Source of the DNA: Chthonomonadales bacterium
Lineage (GTDB): Bacteria; Armatimonadota; Chthonomonadetes; Chthonomonadales; CAJBBX01
Assembly: GCA_049967475.1 (NCBI GenBank)
Contig: JBMFSQ010000001.1
Span: forward strand, 214,600-278,599
Direction: 5' to 3'
Length of the DNA: 64,000 nt
Under the pieces are notes generated by a model, which was not told where the DNA came from, made no database searches, and saw nothing but the letters and a program-made list of their open reading frames with translations. The first letter of the stretch is position 1. Each line of letters begins with the position of its first letter. Of the stretch, positions 8,860 to 19,705 are shown piece by piece. The position numbers were made by a program, and so were the translations under genes.

Positions 8860-11067
8860 CTACACAGCCTGCAGCTTCGCGAAGGACTGCATCAGTTTCT
8901 TAATGCCGACTGGAGCCGGGAACGCAACGCTCACCTGCAGGTCGCCATTGACATTCTCGGCGCTGAGAACGATGCCGGTACCGAAGGTATGATGACGTAC
9001 CTTTTGGCCGGGTCGAAACGACACGGCACCCTGCTGTTCCTCGCGCGGGCTGGGAACGCGGTCCACCCAAAGCTTGGCGGCGGCAGACACTTTGGAGGAA
9101 CTACCGGACTGGGCCCGAACCGAAGCCGGCATTCCATAGAGCTCAGGCGGGATGTCGTTGAGGAAGCGGGAACGGGGATTGTAGGAGATCGTTCCAAACA
9201 AGGTGCGCCGGTAAGCGTGTGTAAGGTAGAGTTCTTCTTTCGCACGGGTAATGCCGACGTAGCAGAGGCGCCGTTCCTCTTCGAGCTCCCGATCCGAGTT
9301 CATCGCCCTCGCGTGGGGGAAAACGCCTTCCTCGAGGCCGACAAGGAATACCACGGGAAACTCGAGACCCTTGGCGGAGTGAAGCGTCATGAGGGTGACG
9401 GCATCGGCGCGGGCATCCAGCGTGTCCAAATCGGACACGAGAGACACCTGCTCCAGGAAGGCAGCCAGGCTCCGATCGTCCGATTCCGCATCGAAGCGCG
9501 TGGTGACCGTGAGGAATTCCTGCACGTTCTCGGAGCGAGATTGGGCATCCGCGCCGGAATGTGCCTCCAGGTCGCTCAGGTAGTGCGTTTTATTGAGCAG
9601 TTCCGTGGTGAGGTCGGTGACTGTTGCATTGGGCGCCAGGTCGCGTAAATGGGTCACGAGATCCACGAAGCTGCTCAAAGCGCTGCGCTGCCTGGCCGAG
9701 AGTTCGGCGATTTGTGCAGACCCCAATAAGGCATCCCAGAGGGGCTGGGAGGTTGCTTCCGCGGTCTTCTCCAAGATTGCCAAGGTCGCCGGGCCGATCC
9801 CGCGCGAGGGCACGTTGAGGATGCGCTTCAAACTCACCGCGTCTCTTGGATTGTGAAGGACGCGCAGGTAGGCGACGATGTCCTTTACTTCCTTGCGTTC
9901 GTAGAAACGCACGCCCCCCACGATGCGGTAGGGCACGCGGAAGGTGAGGAAGACCTCCTCGAAGGCGCGGCTTTGGGCGTTGGTGCGGTAAAGGACTGCG
10001 AAGTCCCCATAGGTACGTCGGCGCGCCCGCACCGCATCCCATATTGTGCGCACAACGAATTCTGCTTCGTCCTGCTCGTTATCGGCTTCCTTCACCGTGA
10101 GGGGGCAGCCGCGAGGGTTGTTCGTCCAAAGGCGTTTATCTTTGCGGCTTTGGTTGCGTGACACGACGGCGTGGGCGGCATCCAGAATCGTGCCCGTTGA
10201 CCTATAGTTTTGTTCGAGCTTCACGACGCGGGCATCGGGATAGTCTCGCTCGAACTGGAGGATGAGCCCCACGTCGGCTCCGCGAAACATATAGATGGAT
10301 TGATCGTCGTCACCTACCACGCAAAGGTTCCGGTGTTTGGCTGCCAGGAGGGTGAGCAGGAGGTACTGGGCATAGTTGACGTCCTGGTATTCATCCACCA
10401 GGATATACCGGAAGCGTTCCTGGTAGCGCTGAAGGATATCGGGTCGCTGTTGAAAGAGGCGCACGGCGTAGAAGAGGAGGTCGTCAAAATCGAGGGCGCG
10501 GTTGAGGCGCAGCTTCTGGTTGTAAAGGTCATACACGCGCTCGGCGACGCGCTCTACAAAGCCTTGGTAGTGCTTCCCGAATTCTTCGGGAGGGACGAGG
10601 CGTTCTTTTGCCCGGCTGATGAGGGAGAGAATGGCACGAGGAGCGAACTTCTTGTCGTCTATTTGGAGTTGGCCGAGCGCCTCGCGCACGAGCGTGACCT
10701 GGTCACCGTCATCGTAAACTACGAAATCCCGTTCCAATCCGATGGCATCTCCGGCTTCCCGCAGGATGCGAGCGCATGTGGCATGGAATGTGCCGATCCA
10801 GATGTGCCGGCTTGCCTCGCCCACAATGCTCGCGATCCTCTCCCGCATCTCCCCGGCAGCTTTGTTGGTAAAAGTCACGGCGAGGATGTTGCGGGGATGG
10901 GCTTTGCCTGCCGCGATGAGGTAGGCTACGCGGTGGGTGAGCACGCGCGTTTTGCCTGATCCCGCGCCCGCGAAGATCAGGAGCGGGCCGTCGCCGTGGA
11001 GCACGGCTTCACGCTGCTGAGGATTGAGGCTGGCAAGAAGCGGGTGGTGAAGGCCTATCTCGGCCAT
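8860..11067 (-). CDS. pcrA: ATP-dependent DNA helicase PcrA/UvrD
   Basis: GAGSGKT, DEYQD, QNYRS, HSAKGLEF, EERRLCYVGITRA, C-terminal Tudor-like domain. Confidence 0.97.
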   Translation of the reverse strand: MAEIGLHHPLLASLNPQQREAVLHGDGPLLIFAGAGSGKTRVLTHRVAYLIAAGKAHPRNILAVTFTNKAAGEMRERIASIVGEASRHIWIGTFHATCARILREAGDAIGLERDFVVYDDGDQVTLVREALGQLQIDDKKFAPRAILSLISRAKERLVPPEEFGKHYQGFVERVAERVYDLYNQKLRLNRALDFDDLLFYAVRLFQQRPDILQRYQERFRYILVDEYQDVNYAQYLLLTLLAAKHRNLCVVGDDDQSIYMFRGADVGLILQFERDYPDARVVKLEQNYRSTGTILDAAHAVVSRNQSRKDKRLWTNNPRGCPLTVKEADNEQDEAEFVVRTIWDAVRARRRTYGDFAVLYRTNAQSRAFEEVFLTFRVPYRIVGGVRFYERKEVKDIVAYLRVLHNPRDAVSLKRILNVPSRGIGPATLAILEKTAEATSQPLWDALLGSAQIAELSARQRSALSSFVDLVTHLRDLAPNATVTDLTTELLNKTHYLSDLEAHSGADAQSRSENVQEFLTVTTRFDAESDDRSLAAFLEQVSLVSDLDTLDARADAVTLMTLHSAKGLEFPVVFLVGLEEGVFPHARAMNSDRELEEERRLCYVGITRAKEELYLTHAYRRTLFGTISYNPRSRFLNDIPPELYGMPASVRAQSGSSSKVSAAAKLWVDRVPSPREEQQGAVSFRPGQKVRHHTFGTGIVLSAENVNGDLQVSVAFPAPVGIKKLMQSFAKLQAV

Positions 11068-11207
11068 GAGCGTCCTCCGTGTCCTAATTATAACGCACAG
11101 AGGGCTTCCACTCCGCCGATGCAGGGATGCGGGCGGCACGAGGCTAATCTGTTCGCGGAACACGCACGCAACCCTGGCGCATCGCGGCGCCTTTACAGGA
11201 GGGGATC

Positions 11208-13820
11208 ATGCCCTATACGCTCCACGTGGTGTCTCATACCCATTGGGATCGGGAATGGTTCATGCCGTTCCAACAGTTTCGATTGAGGCTCGTAGATCTG
11301 GTAGACCATCTTTTGCAGATCCTAGACACCGACCCGGATTTTCACTATTTCAACCTCGACGCTCAGACCATCGTGCTGGAGGATTACCTGCAGATACGGC
11401 CCCAAAGAAGTGAGGAATTGAAGCGGTACATCGCCGAAGGCCGCATCACGGTTGGGCCGTGGTATCAGTTGAACGACCAATTCCTGACGAGTGGCGAAGC
11501 CACGGTACGAAGCCTGCTCGTGGGGCACCGCATCGCAGCATCCTTCGGCGGCGTGATGAAGGTGGGCTATCTTCCGGATCAGTTCGGCAACCTCTCACAA
11601 ATGCCGCAGATCCTTCGCGGCTTTGGCATAGACAATGCCGTGGTGGGCCGCGGATACCAGCTCGTTGGAGACCGCACTATGGAGTTCCTGTGGGAAGCTC
11701 CCGATGGAACCCAGGTGCTCGGCTCTCTCATGGCGTTTTGGTACAACAATGCCCAGCGCATCCCCTCCGACTTGGACGAGGCCGTGCAGTTTGTGATGGA
11801 CCTCAAGGATCGCATGGCGCCGCGGTCCTCGTCATCGCATTTGCTTCTGATGAACGGAGTAGATCATCTTGAGGCCCAGCCGGATGTGGGCCGCATCATT
11901 GCGCAGGTGAACCGGGAACTGGAACGCCGCGGCATTCCGGATCGGCTGGTGCACAGCACCCTGCCGCAGTACATCGCTGCTCTCCGAGAGGAATTGGGAG
12001 GCACGCGAGGCCCCCGCGGAACAACATGCGGGCCGCTGCAGGTGAAGCAGGGGGAGCTTCGCGAGGATCGTTGGGGCGCATGCCTTGCTGGAACGCTTTC
12101 TACCCGCATGTACATCAAACAGGCCAACCACCGCGCCCAAACGGCTTTAGAGCAATATGCTGAGCGGCTCTCATCCTTTGCGCGTTTGCATGGGGCTCCT
12201 TATCCCCATGACGAACTCCTCTACGCTTGGAAGCTTCTCATGCAGAACCATCCCCACGATTCTATTTGCGGCTGCTCGGTGGACCAGGTTCACCGCGAGA
12301 TGATGCCGCGCTTCCAACAAGTAGAGCAGGTGGCGGAGGTCGTAACGGAGAAGGCCCTGGATGTGCTCACTCGGCGCGACCGCACCAAAGGCGCCGTGGA
12401 AGACGCCTTCAGCATCTTCGTGTTCAACCCTCTGAACTGGATGAGGACGGACCCGGTGCGGTGCACCCTGGAGTTCCCGCTGGGCGCCCCTGCCCGCGGC
12501 AACCCCGGCCGGGATGCGCGCCGCGCACTTCGGGGGTTCAGTCTCTCCGATGCGGAGGGACGCGCGGTGCCCTTTGCCGTAATCGCATGCGAAGAGGTAA
12601 TCCGCCAGGTGATCAGTCCCCACGAACTGCCGCTGGATCAGTGGGTTCAGAGGATCACCATCGAATTCGTGGCGAGCAATGTACCCGGATGCGGGTGGCG
12701 CATCTACACGATCCGGCCGGAACCTTCGTGGCCGCACTATCCCGATCTGGCCGTGCCCACTGGGGAACCTGATCCCCTGGCTCTGTGGATGCCCCTCCTG
12801 GAAGATGTAGGAGACGTGGGTGATGAGTACCTCTTCCGAAGCCCGCGCAACGACCGCCGCATCCTTGTACACCCCGCCTCTTTGCCGGGGATGAGCGGCG
12901 AGGAGCACTATGCAAGCTGCGTGCGGCGCAGCCGAAGCGTTCGAGGATCTTTGATGCTTCCTGCGGCAGGCGACCTGGAGCACCGCGCCGGCGAGTTAGT
13001 GGAATGTCCTGTGGTGATCACCGCCACGCAATGGGCCGAGATAGACCGGGTGGAGGTGGAATTGGAATTCGAGAACCGGGCCCGGGATCACCGGTTGCGG
13101 GCAGTGTGGAACGTGGAGAGTGCGGAAGCGCTCGTAGCCGGCGGTCAATTCGATGCCGTACGGCGCCCGGTTCCGGATGCCCTGGTGGACGAAGGGGCTG
13201 CGCCGTTCAGCCCCCACCAACTTTGGGTGGATGCTGCAGGAGAGGATGGCGGCGGAGGCGTTAGCGGCGTGGCGATCCTTGATGAGGGGCTCCCCGAACA
13301 TGAGGCGTATCCAGGCTTTATGGGCCGGCGCGGAATGGCCGTCGCCATTACATTGCTGCGCTGTGTAGGCCAACTGAGCCGAAGAGGGGATGGGCCAGGC
13401 ATCCTGACACCGGAGGCTCAATGCCCGGGCCGCCATACGTTTCGGCTGGCTGTAGTGCCCCATCATGGCGACTGGCAGGAGGCCAAGGTGTGGCAGCAAG
13501 GGCACCGCTTCAGTGCGCCCCTTGTGGCGGTGCAGTCGCAAGGATGGGACGGTATGGCTGCCCAAGGCGTCTTCTTGGAGGTTGGCGCGGACGAATGGGT
13601 GGTAACCTGCATCAAGCGTGCCGAGGATCGCGACGGACTCATCATAAGGTGGTTCAATACTGTGGACGAGCAGGTGTCGGGTCGGGTGCGTGTGCCCGGC
13701 GCCAAACGAATGCGCCGCGTAAACCTGAACGAGGAGCCCCTAGAGGATTGGTCTGTCGGAGACACAATGGCGCTGACAACAGGGGGCAAGCATATCGAGA
13801 CGGTGGAAGCCGAACTGTAG
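11208..13820 (+). CDS. Alpha-mannosidase, GH38
   Basis: HTHWDREW, PDQFG, NGVDH, HDSICGCS; GGAGG SD. Confidence 0.93.
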   Translation: MPYTLHVVSHTHWDREWFMPFQQFRLRLVDLVDHLLQILDTDPDFHYFNLDAQTIVLEDYLQIRPQRSEELKRYIAEGRITVGPWYQLNDQFLTSGEATVRSLLVGHRIAASFGGVMKVGYLPDQFGNLSQMPQILRGFGIDNAVVGRGYQLVGDRTMEFLWEAPDGTQVLGSLMAFWYNNAQRIPSDLDEAVQFVMDLKDRMAPRSSSSHLLLMNGVDHLEAQPDVGRIIAQVNRELERRGIPDRLVHSTLPQYIAALREELGGTRGPRGTTCGPLQVKQGELREDRWGACLAGTLSTRMYIKQANHRAQTALEQYAERLSSFARLHGAPYPHDELLYAWKLLMQNHPHDSICGCSVDQVHREMMPRFQQVEQVAEVVTEKALDVLTRRDRTKGAVEDAFSIFVFNPLNWMRTDPVRCTLEFPLGAPARGNPGRDARRALRGFSLSDAEGRAVPFAVIACEEVIRQVISPHELPLDQWVQRITIEFVASNVPGCGWRIYTIRPEPSWPHYPDLAVPTGEPDPLALWMPLLEDVGDVGDEYLFRSPRNDRRILVHPASLPGMSGEEHYASCVRRSRSVRGSLMLPAAGDLEHRAGELVECPVVITATQWAEIDRVEVELEFENRARDHRLRAVWNVESAEALVAGGQFDAVRRPVPDALVDEGAAPFSPHQLWVDAAGEDGGGGVSGVAILDEGLPEHEAYPGFMGRRGMAVAITLLRCVGQLSRRGDGPGILTPEAQCPGRHTFRLAVVPHHGDWQEAKVWQQGHRFSAPLVAVQSQGWDGMAAQGVFLEVGADEWVVTCIKRAEDRDGLIIRWFNTVDEQVSGRVRVPGAKRMRRVNLNEEPLEDWSVGDTMALTTGGKHIETVEAEL

Positions 13821-13889
13821 CGAGACCGGCACCCCGATGGGGTATGGTGATGGCAATTGCCCTTCTGATGGGGCCACGATGGAGGATGC

Positions 13890-14747
13890 ATGGAACGACG
13901 ACCGTACGGCAACACGAAAGAACAACTCTCCATCATCGCATTCGGCGGGATTGTGGTGATGGGCTTGGATCAACAGGAGGCGGATCGTTGGGTGCGTGAA
14001 GCCTACGACCGCGGAGTGAATTACTACGACGTTGCGCCCAGCTATGGCGATGCGGAGGAGCGGCTAGGGCCTGCACTTAAGGGCATCCGCGACAGCATTT
14101 TCCTTGCATGCAAGACGGGCAAACGGCTCAAGAAAGAGGCGGCGGAGGAGCTTCGTGCTTCCCTGAAACGTCTGCGCACGGACCGCTTCGATCTCTATCA
14201 GTTGCATGCCCTCACCACAGATGAGGATATCGAGCAGGCGTTCGGTCCAGGCGGAGCCCTCGAGGCGCTCGTAGAAGCTCGGGAAGCCGGGCTCGTGAGA
14301 TACCTGGGCTTCAGCGCTCATTCCGTGAAGGCTGCCTTGGCTGCTCTAGAACGCTTCCAGTTCGATTCGGTGTTGTTCCCTTTTAATATCACTGCGTACT
14401 CCACAGGGAACTTCGGTCCCCAGGTGCTCGAGGCGGCACAGACGCGCTGCGTGGCCCGTTTGGCTCTCAAAGCCATGGCGAAGGGTCCATGGCCGGATGG
14501 GGCCGATCGCAGCGCCTACCCCAATTGCTGGTACGAACCCCACACCGATCCGGAAGTTGCGGAACTTGCGTTGCGCTGGACCCTTTCGCTGCCCATCACA
14601 GCCGCTGTGCCCCCGGGAGATCCCAAGCTTTATCGGATGGCTCTTACCTTCGCGGAGCGCTTCCGGCCTCTAAGTGATGAGGAACTGGAACGGGCGCAAG
14701 CGCTTGCGCGGCAGGCAACTCCCCTTTTTCGCCAGGAGGCAGCCTAG
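13890..14747 (+). CDS. Aldo/keto reductase
   Basis: YYDVAPSYGDAEERLG, SLKRLRTDRFDLYQLH, GFSAH. Confidence 0.93.
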   Translation: MERRPYGNTKEQLSIIAFGGIVVMGLDQQEADRWVREAYDRGVNYYDVAPSYGDAEERLGPALKGIRDSIFLACKTGKRLKKEAAEELRASLKRLRTDRFDLYQLHALTTDEDIEQAFGPGGALEALVEAREAGLVRYLGFSAHSVKAALAALERFQFDSVLFPFNITAYSTGNFGPQVLEAAQTRCVARLALKAMAKGPWPDGADRSAYPNCWYEPHTDPEVAELALRWTLSLPITAAVPPGDPKLYRMALTFAERFRPLSDEELERAQALARQATPLFRQEAA

Positions 14748-14753
14748 GGCAAT

Positions 14754-14786
14754 CGGGGGCTCGAGCTGGTCCCAGCCCGACCCCCG
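14754..14786. terminator. GC-rich hairpin between convergent genes
   Basis: CGGGGGCTCGAGCTGG / CCAGCCCGACCCCCG imperfect inverted repeat; no clear U-tract. Confidence 0.45.
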
Positions 14787-14811
14787 GTCCCGGCCTCCCG
14801 CAGCGGCATCT

Positions 14812-15468
14812 TTAGGGTGTCGCGGGGTGCCTGTTGATCGCCGTGCCCACCCGCACGCCGATCAATTCGGTGCCATGCTGGAGCCAGACACTGCCGTCGT
14901 CAATCGCCTGGATGCGCCAACCTTTGGCGACGGCATCGCCCGGGTGCAGGATCATGATCTGCCCTTGCACCTCCAGCGTGGCCACCGACCGATCTCCTCG
15001 GACGATGCCGATTACGCGGATCTCCGGTCGCTCTTCGGCCGGTTTGGCGAGTTCTGCAGGCATACCGGGCAGCACGCTCCCTGCGGCGATGGGCGGAAGG
15101 GGTTGCGGGCGGATGGGGGACACATCCACCTTTGGCGCAGGTGCTGGTGCAGAGGTTGGGTTGGATACCGGCCCCTTGGCATGCAGCGGCGTAAAGGGGT
15201 CGGGAATAGGCGGCTCTGGCTCGGGTTCTTTGCGAGCGGCAATGGCCTTGGATGTGGGGAAGTCCGGAGCGGGCGCGGCCTGCGGGGTACTCGCCGGCGG
15301 CGTGGGTGCCGGGGCTCCTGCGGAAGGTACTGGGGCAGGTACCTGCCGTGTCTTAGGCGCGACTACGCCCAATAGGGTGTGGACTACGAAGAACATCACC
15401 ACAACGATGAGGCCGATGAGCGCTGAAGCCTTCATCCGCTCTGCGGGAGATAAGGTTGCGAAGTTCAT
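14812..15468 (-). CDS. PilP/GspC-like membrane-anchored pilus assembly protein
   Basis: N-terminal TM, Pro-rich linker, DPF motif, C-terminal VIGIVRG...ATL...PGD beta domain; follows secretin. Confidence 0.65.
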   Translation of the reverse strand: MNFATLSPAERMKASALIGLIVVVMFFVVHTLLGVVAPKTRQVPAPVPSAGAPAPTPPASTPQAAPAPDFPTSKAIAARKEPEPEPPIPDPFTPLHAKGPVSNPTSAPAPAPKVDVSPIRPQPLPPIAAGSVLPGMPAELAKPAEERPEIRVIGIVRGDRSVATLEVQGQIMILHPGDAVAKGWRIQAIDDGSVWLQHGTELIGVRVGTAINRHPATP

Positions 15469-15501
15469 GGCAGGTCTCCTGAATGGCGCCGCGACAGGGT
15501 G

Positions 15502-17259
15502 CTACTGTGGCAAGATCTTGATGGTGAGAAAGACCATCACTTCGGAGCGCCGGTGGTCGCGATACTCATTCTTGAACAGGTATCCCAGGATGGGCAGGTC
15601 GCCCAGGAACGGTATCTTGGACATCGCCTTGACGTCGTCATCGCGGATGAGCCCGCCGATAACGATGGTGTCGCCATCCTTCACACGCACGATGGTCTCG
15701 GCTTCGCGGGCGCTGGTTTGAGGCAGCCCGTTTGAGATGGCGCTTACGGTACTCACCACCGGGTGCACCCTGAGTGTAATGTTGCCGTCGTCATTCACGC
15801 GCGGGTGGACCAGCAGGATGATGCCCACGGGCACCTCCACGACGGTGAACTGATTGCCGGCGGTGGCACTGCTCTGGGCGAGCGTTTGGAAGCGGAGCGT
15901 GTCGCCGATGAAGATGGATGCATCTTGGTCGTTCAGTACGGCAATCTGGGGGCTTGCCAGCAGCTTCGCCTTCTTGTTGGTGATGAGGGCGTTGAGGGTG
16001 GCTCCCGGTGTGAATTGCACTCGCCCGAAGGTCCCGAACCCTGCCGGTCCCACAGGCAAGGGCGAGGAGGGTACCACGTTGGTGCTCAACTGAGGGCGTT
16101 CTACAAACAGGAACTGGTTCCATTGCCACTCAACGCCGAGGTTCCGCAGTTCTTCTGGGGAGGTGTCCACGACCTTCGCCTCAACCATCACTTGGCGAGG
16201 CGCTTGATCTTCCGCCTCCAGCAGGTGCAGCGCATCCTGAACGGCTGCCGATGGGCCCTTGAGGATCAGGGACAGGGCATTCTTGCTGATCTGGCCGTTT
16301 TGGCTGTTGGGCTGCCCGGGCAGACCGTTGGTGCCGTTAGGCGTGAGGGTATTGGTTTGGCTTCCAATCCCGATGCCCCCCACGAACTGCCCGCTGAGGG
16401 GCCGAAATTGCGGTACGGCCGGAGCTGCGCTCTCGGGACCCGCGATGACTTGCACGTCCGGATAGGCTTGCTGCACCATCTGGGCGAGCTGGTCCGCTGC
16501 GCTGAACTTGATGCGGTATACCTTCGTGACGAAATCCGCATTCGGTTGGACGTCGAGCATGGATGCTCCAGCCTTGGCGGCCTCCACGTCGGCGCGGGTT
16601 CCCGACACGATGATGGCGTTGCCGGCCGGCTCGACACTTACGCCCGGGACGATCTTTGCCAAAGCCGGAGCGATCTGGGCGCCGGTGCGGTTCTGCAACG
16701 CGATGCGCTCAGACACGCGCCGGCTATCGGGCGTATCGAGGTCATTTTGGTGGAGGAACTTCTCGGCTGCGTCCACATCATCCGGGGCACCTATGAGAAC
16801 GACCGCCTTCCCCTGCGGATGGGCGGTGACGTCTGCGAAGGCGTTCTGGGCAAGGTCGGCTGCAGCCTGGGCCGGAAGATGTTCCAGGCTTACTGAGCGG
16901 CTGATGCCGAGGCGCTCCAACGTTTGCCGCATCTCGCTGCGGGGAGCAATGACATAGGTGCCGTTCACCTTCTTCGCTTGAAGCCCTGCGAGGTTGGTTA
17001 CAAGGCCCAAAGCCTCATCCACCGTCTTCTTGCGCAGGTGCAACGTCACCTGTCCCTTGACGCTGGGATTGAGAGCGATGTTGATGCCGCTCTGCGCAGC
17101 CAGGGCTCGGATTACGTCTGCGACGTCGGCATTGACGTAATCCAGCGTGATGGTAGCGGCATTCGGCGGGAGTTTGTTCGCCGTGCCGTCAGCCCCGCGG
17201 GCTGCCAAGGGCAGCATCGCTATGGTGAGTGCTCCGCATAAGAGCGTGTAGGTTTTCAT
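15502..17259 (-). CDS. Secretin (PilQ/GspD family)
   Basis: Signal peptide, N-domains, QVMVEAKVV, LLASPQI, GIILLVHPRV, KIPFLGDLPILGYLF. Confidence 0.93.
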   Translation of the reverse strand: MKTYTLLCGALTIAMLPLAARGADGTANKLPPNAATITLDYVNADVADVIRALAAQSGINIALNPSVKGQVTLHLRKKTVDEALGLVTNLAGLQAKKVNGTYVIAPRSEMRQTLERLGISRSVSLEHLPAQAAADLAQNAFADVTAHPQGKAVVLIGAPDDVDAAEKFLHQNDLDTPDSRRVSERIALQNRTGAQIAPALAKIVPGVSVEPAGNAIIVSGTRADVEAAKAGASMLDVQPNADFVTKVYRIKFSAADQLAQMVQQAYPDVQVIAGPESAAPAVPQFRPLSGQFVGGIGIGSQTNTLTPNGTNGLPGQPNSQNGQISKNALSLILKGPSAAVQDALHLLEAEDQAPRQVMVEAKVVDTSPEELRNLGVEWQWNQFLFVERPQLSTNVVPSSPLPVGPAGFGTFGRVQFTPGATLNALITNKKAKLLASPQIAVLNDQDASIFIGDTLRFQTLAQSSATAGNQFTVVEVPVGIILLVHPRVNDDGNITLRVHPVVSTVSAISNGLPQTSAREAETIVRVKDGDTIVIGGLIRDDDVKAMSKIPFLGDLPILGYLFKNEYRDHRRSEVMVFLTIKILPQ

Positions 17260-17380
17260 TCGTGCCCCTCGATCCGTCGAACGCCGCGTGCCTGCGATGC
17301 GTTCGGTTTTTGACTTGTCCGTGTCCTTCTCTCGGCAGCTCATCATGAGGCGAGCCTTTCTTCCTGGGCAGGCTGGTGTG

Positions 17381-17977
17381 CTAGGGCTTGCCCGGCTGGG
17401 CGGGGCCAACCGGCGCGTCCACATAGCGCGTAACCGTTATCGTGGTTTGAAGAGACGGATATCCTTTGCTCCCGGGCGTTACCCTGAGGTCCGTCAGCGA
17501 GATCAACCGCCGAGACGCTTCGAGGCCTTTGAGGAAGGCGCGCAGGGACGGAAAGGTGCCTTCAAACGTTATCGGGCTTTTGATGGCCAGCACATCCTGA
17601 GGTAGAGCATCCGCCGGCTTGGGAGCCTGGGGTGAGCCGGGCGGTGGGGGTGGCGCAGGCGGCGGGGGCGCCAGGGAGGCGATGGAAAGAAGCCGGTTCC
17701 CTGTGCGGTTGCACAACGTCGCCAGACCTCGCAGAAACTCGGCCTGCTCTTCTTTGGACATGGGCAGCGTGGCCACGGTGGGATCCGGAGGCAGCTTGCT
17801 GATCTCGTCCAGTTGCACCAAGTAGCTTCGCACGTCCGCTTGGGTTGCGCGGATGCTCTGGTGGAGTTCGCGGAGCTTGTGTTGCCGCGGGAACATCACT
17901 ACGCAACATACCAGCAGCGATAAGGGCGGCATAAGCAGCACGATGGCGCGCTGAAGCCACGCAGGAAGAGCATTCAT
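17381..17977 (-). CDS. PilO/GspM-like protein
   Basis: TM plus coiled coil; ITFEGTFPSLRAFLKGLE..RRLISL; operon position. Confidence 0.8.
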   Translation of the reverse strand: MNALPAWLQRAIVLLMPPLSLLVCCVVMFPRQHKLRELHQSIRATQADVRSYLVQLDEISKLPPDPTVATLPMSKEEQAEFLRGLATLCNRTGNRLLSIASLAPPPPAPPPPPGSPQAPKPADALPQDVLAIKSPITFEGTFPSLRAFLKGLEASRRLISLTDLRVTPGSKGYPSLQTTITVTRYVDAPVGPAQPGKP

Positions 17978-17978
17978 A

Positions 17979-19655
17979 CTAGCTGCCTCCTTGACTACTT
18001 GCTTGAGCCTGATTGGCCTGGGGGGCGGCATTGGCCTGCACCACGGGCTGGACGAAGCTCGTTTGAAGGTCGAAGTGGATGCCGCCTCCGTTGTTAGGGT
18101 CTATGCGGGCCAAGTTGTTCATACGCACGGGCTCAAGGCTGGGTGAAAGATTGAGAGTGTCCATCACATCCGCAACGGCCTTGGGGGTGGGCGCTTCGCC
18201 GCTTATGGTGATGACGCCGTTGGCATCCATGCTCAAATTCACCAGGGAGGCTCTGCGCGACACGGAGGCTGCTACAAAGTCCAGCGCCTCGCGGAGCGGC
18301 TTCGAGCGATGATGAATGGCCTCTGTCAGGTTCTTCTGCCGTTCCAGCAGCGCCACCTTGGCGGCATGCTCTGCTTTGAGGGCGTTCAGCTCGGTGCGGA
18401 GTTGCGTGAGGTTGCGCTGAGAACGCGATATGGCGCCGCCTACGACAATGGCAGCCAGGATGGTTCCCACCATAATAACGGAGCTTGCGGCGGCGCTCAG
18501 CATGATGGCCTTGGGCGCCATGCGCCGTTCCACCACCACGCGGTCGCCGGCAACCAGGTCCAGGCTTGGAGCGGCGTCGTAGGGACTTCCCATTCCGCGC
18601 AGGGCCAGCCCCACGGCCACGGTGTATCGGAAGGCGTCGGCGCCCTTCAAAACGGCTGCGGCCTCCGGAGCCACATTGAGGGTGTCCAACGCCGAGGCGA
18701 GTTCGGCGGCTGTGCGCAGATGCTGCGTAAGAACCTCAAAAAGTTGGGCGGCATCCGGTGCGTCTATGGCGAACCGAGCCAGCATCGTCTCCCCGGCCGA
18801 GGGGAACTCACGGATGTAGTAGTCTATGGACCTTTGCACTTCCGTCATGAGGAGGCCGATTGCTTGGCGGTTGTACGGTTCGTACTCGGGCGCGGACGAC
18901 GGAGCCTCCTCGTCGTCGCCTCCGAGGCTCACGAGGAGGCCGCCCCTGGGCTGATTTCCGGACGACGGAGTGCCTGGGTTCGCCGTACGCAATTCCGGCA
19001 CGCCGGTGTCTATGCGCCGGTAAAACTGAAGTTGGCCGTGGTGGGTGATGAAGACGTCGGTGCCTGTGGCCGAAAGCACTACGCTCGCTACCGAACCCTC
19101 GTTGCACAGCATAGGGTAGAGAGCGCGCAAGAGAGCTATGGATCCGGGTTCCACCGCAGCCAGCGGCAGGTTGGCTTCGTCCATAGTAGCCCGGTAACTC
19201 GCCACCAGCCGTTCTTCGGCCCCCATGAGCAGGATGCGGAGCACGGGTTCCTCGCCTGCCGCCTGAGCGTCTTTGTCGCCAACATCGGGGAGCTTGAAGT
19301 AATCGAAGGCGCTCTGCCCTGCCGGGAGGATGCGGTAATGGTCCATCTCTCCCCGCAGTACAGATCGGATCTCGCCGTCGGGGACGGGTGGGATCTCCAT
19401 CACGCGGGCAACGAGGCTGCAGTTGGTGAGACCCATGACGATCTGGCTCGCCTTGGGATCCAGTTCTACGCAGAGGCGCCGTACAACACCTGCTACCACA
19501 TGCGGGTCGAGCAGCCCCTCCTCGTCCACTGCGCCTTCGGGGATCGGCAGAGCGCGCACACCGGCCAATTGGGGAGCAGGCCCGGATTGCCGCACATAGG
19601 CTGCCCGAACCTGGTCGTTGGACACCTCGATGCCGATAACCGCTCGATGTTTCAC
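17979..19655 (-). CDS. Fused PilM-PilN type IV pilus alignment protein
   Basis: Actin-like N-terminus (IGIEVS, EVQRSIDYY, VAVGLALR), then TM, coiled coil and PilN-like domain (ITISGEA). Confidence 0.85.
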   Translation of the reverse strand: MKHRAVIGIEVSNDQVRAAYVRQSGPAPQLAGVRALPIPEGAVDEEGLLDPHVVAGVVRRLCVELDPKASQIVMGLTNCSLVARVMEIPPVPDGEIRSVLRGEMDHYRILPAGQSAFDYFKLPDVGDKDAQAAGEEPVLRILLMGAEERLVASYRATMDEANLPLAAVEPGSIALLRALYPMLCNEGSVASVVLSATGTDVFITHHGQLQFYRRIDTGVPELRTANPGTPSSGNQPRGGLLVSLGGDDEEAPSSAPEYEPYNRQAIGLLMTEVQRSIDYYIREFPSAGETMLARFAIDAPDAAQLFEVLTQHLRTAAELASALDTLNVAPEAAAVLKGADAFRYTVAVGLALRGMGSPYDAAPSLDLVAGDRVVVERRMAPKAIMLSAAASSVIMVGTILAAIVVGGAISRSQRNLTQLRTELNALKAEHAAKVALLERQKNLTEAIHHRSKPLREALDFVAASVSRRASLVNLSMDANGVITISGEAPTPKAVADVMDTLNLSPSLEPVRMNNLARIDPNNGGGIHFDLQTSFVQPVVQANAAPQANQAQASSQGGS

Positions 19656-19705
19656 GGCTCTAACTCCCTACTCAAGATGATCACTAGTCATTTCGGCGCG
19701 GGACA

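Noticed and set aside
7422..8860. Replication origin near mnmE
   Set aside because: No dnaA/rpmH/yidC context, and no DnaA-box cluster or AT-rich region noticed.
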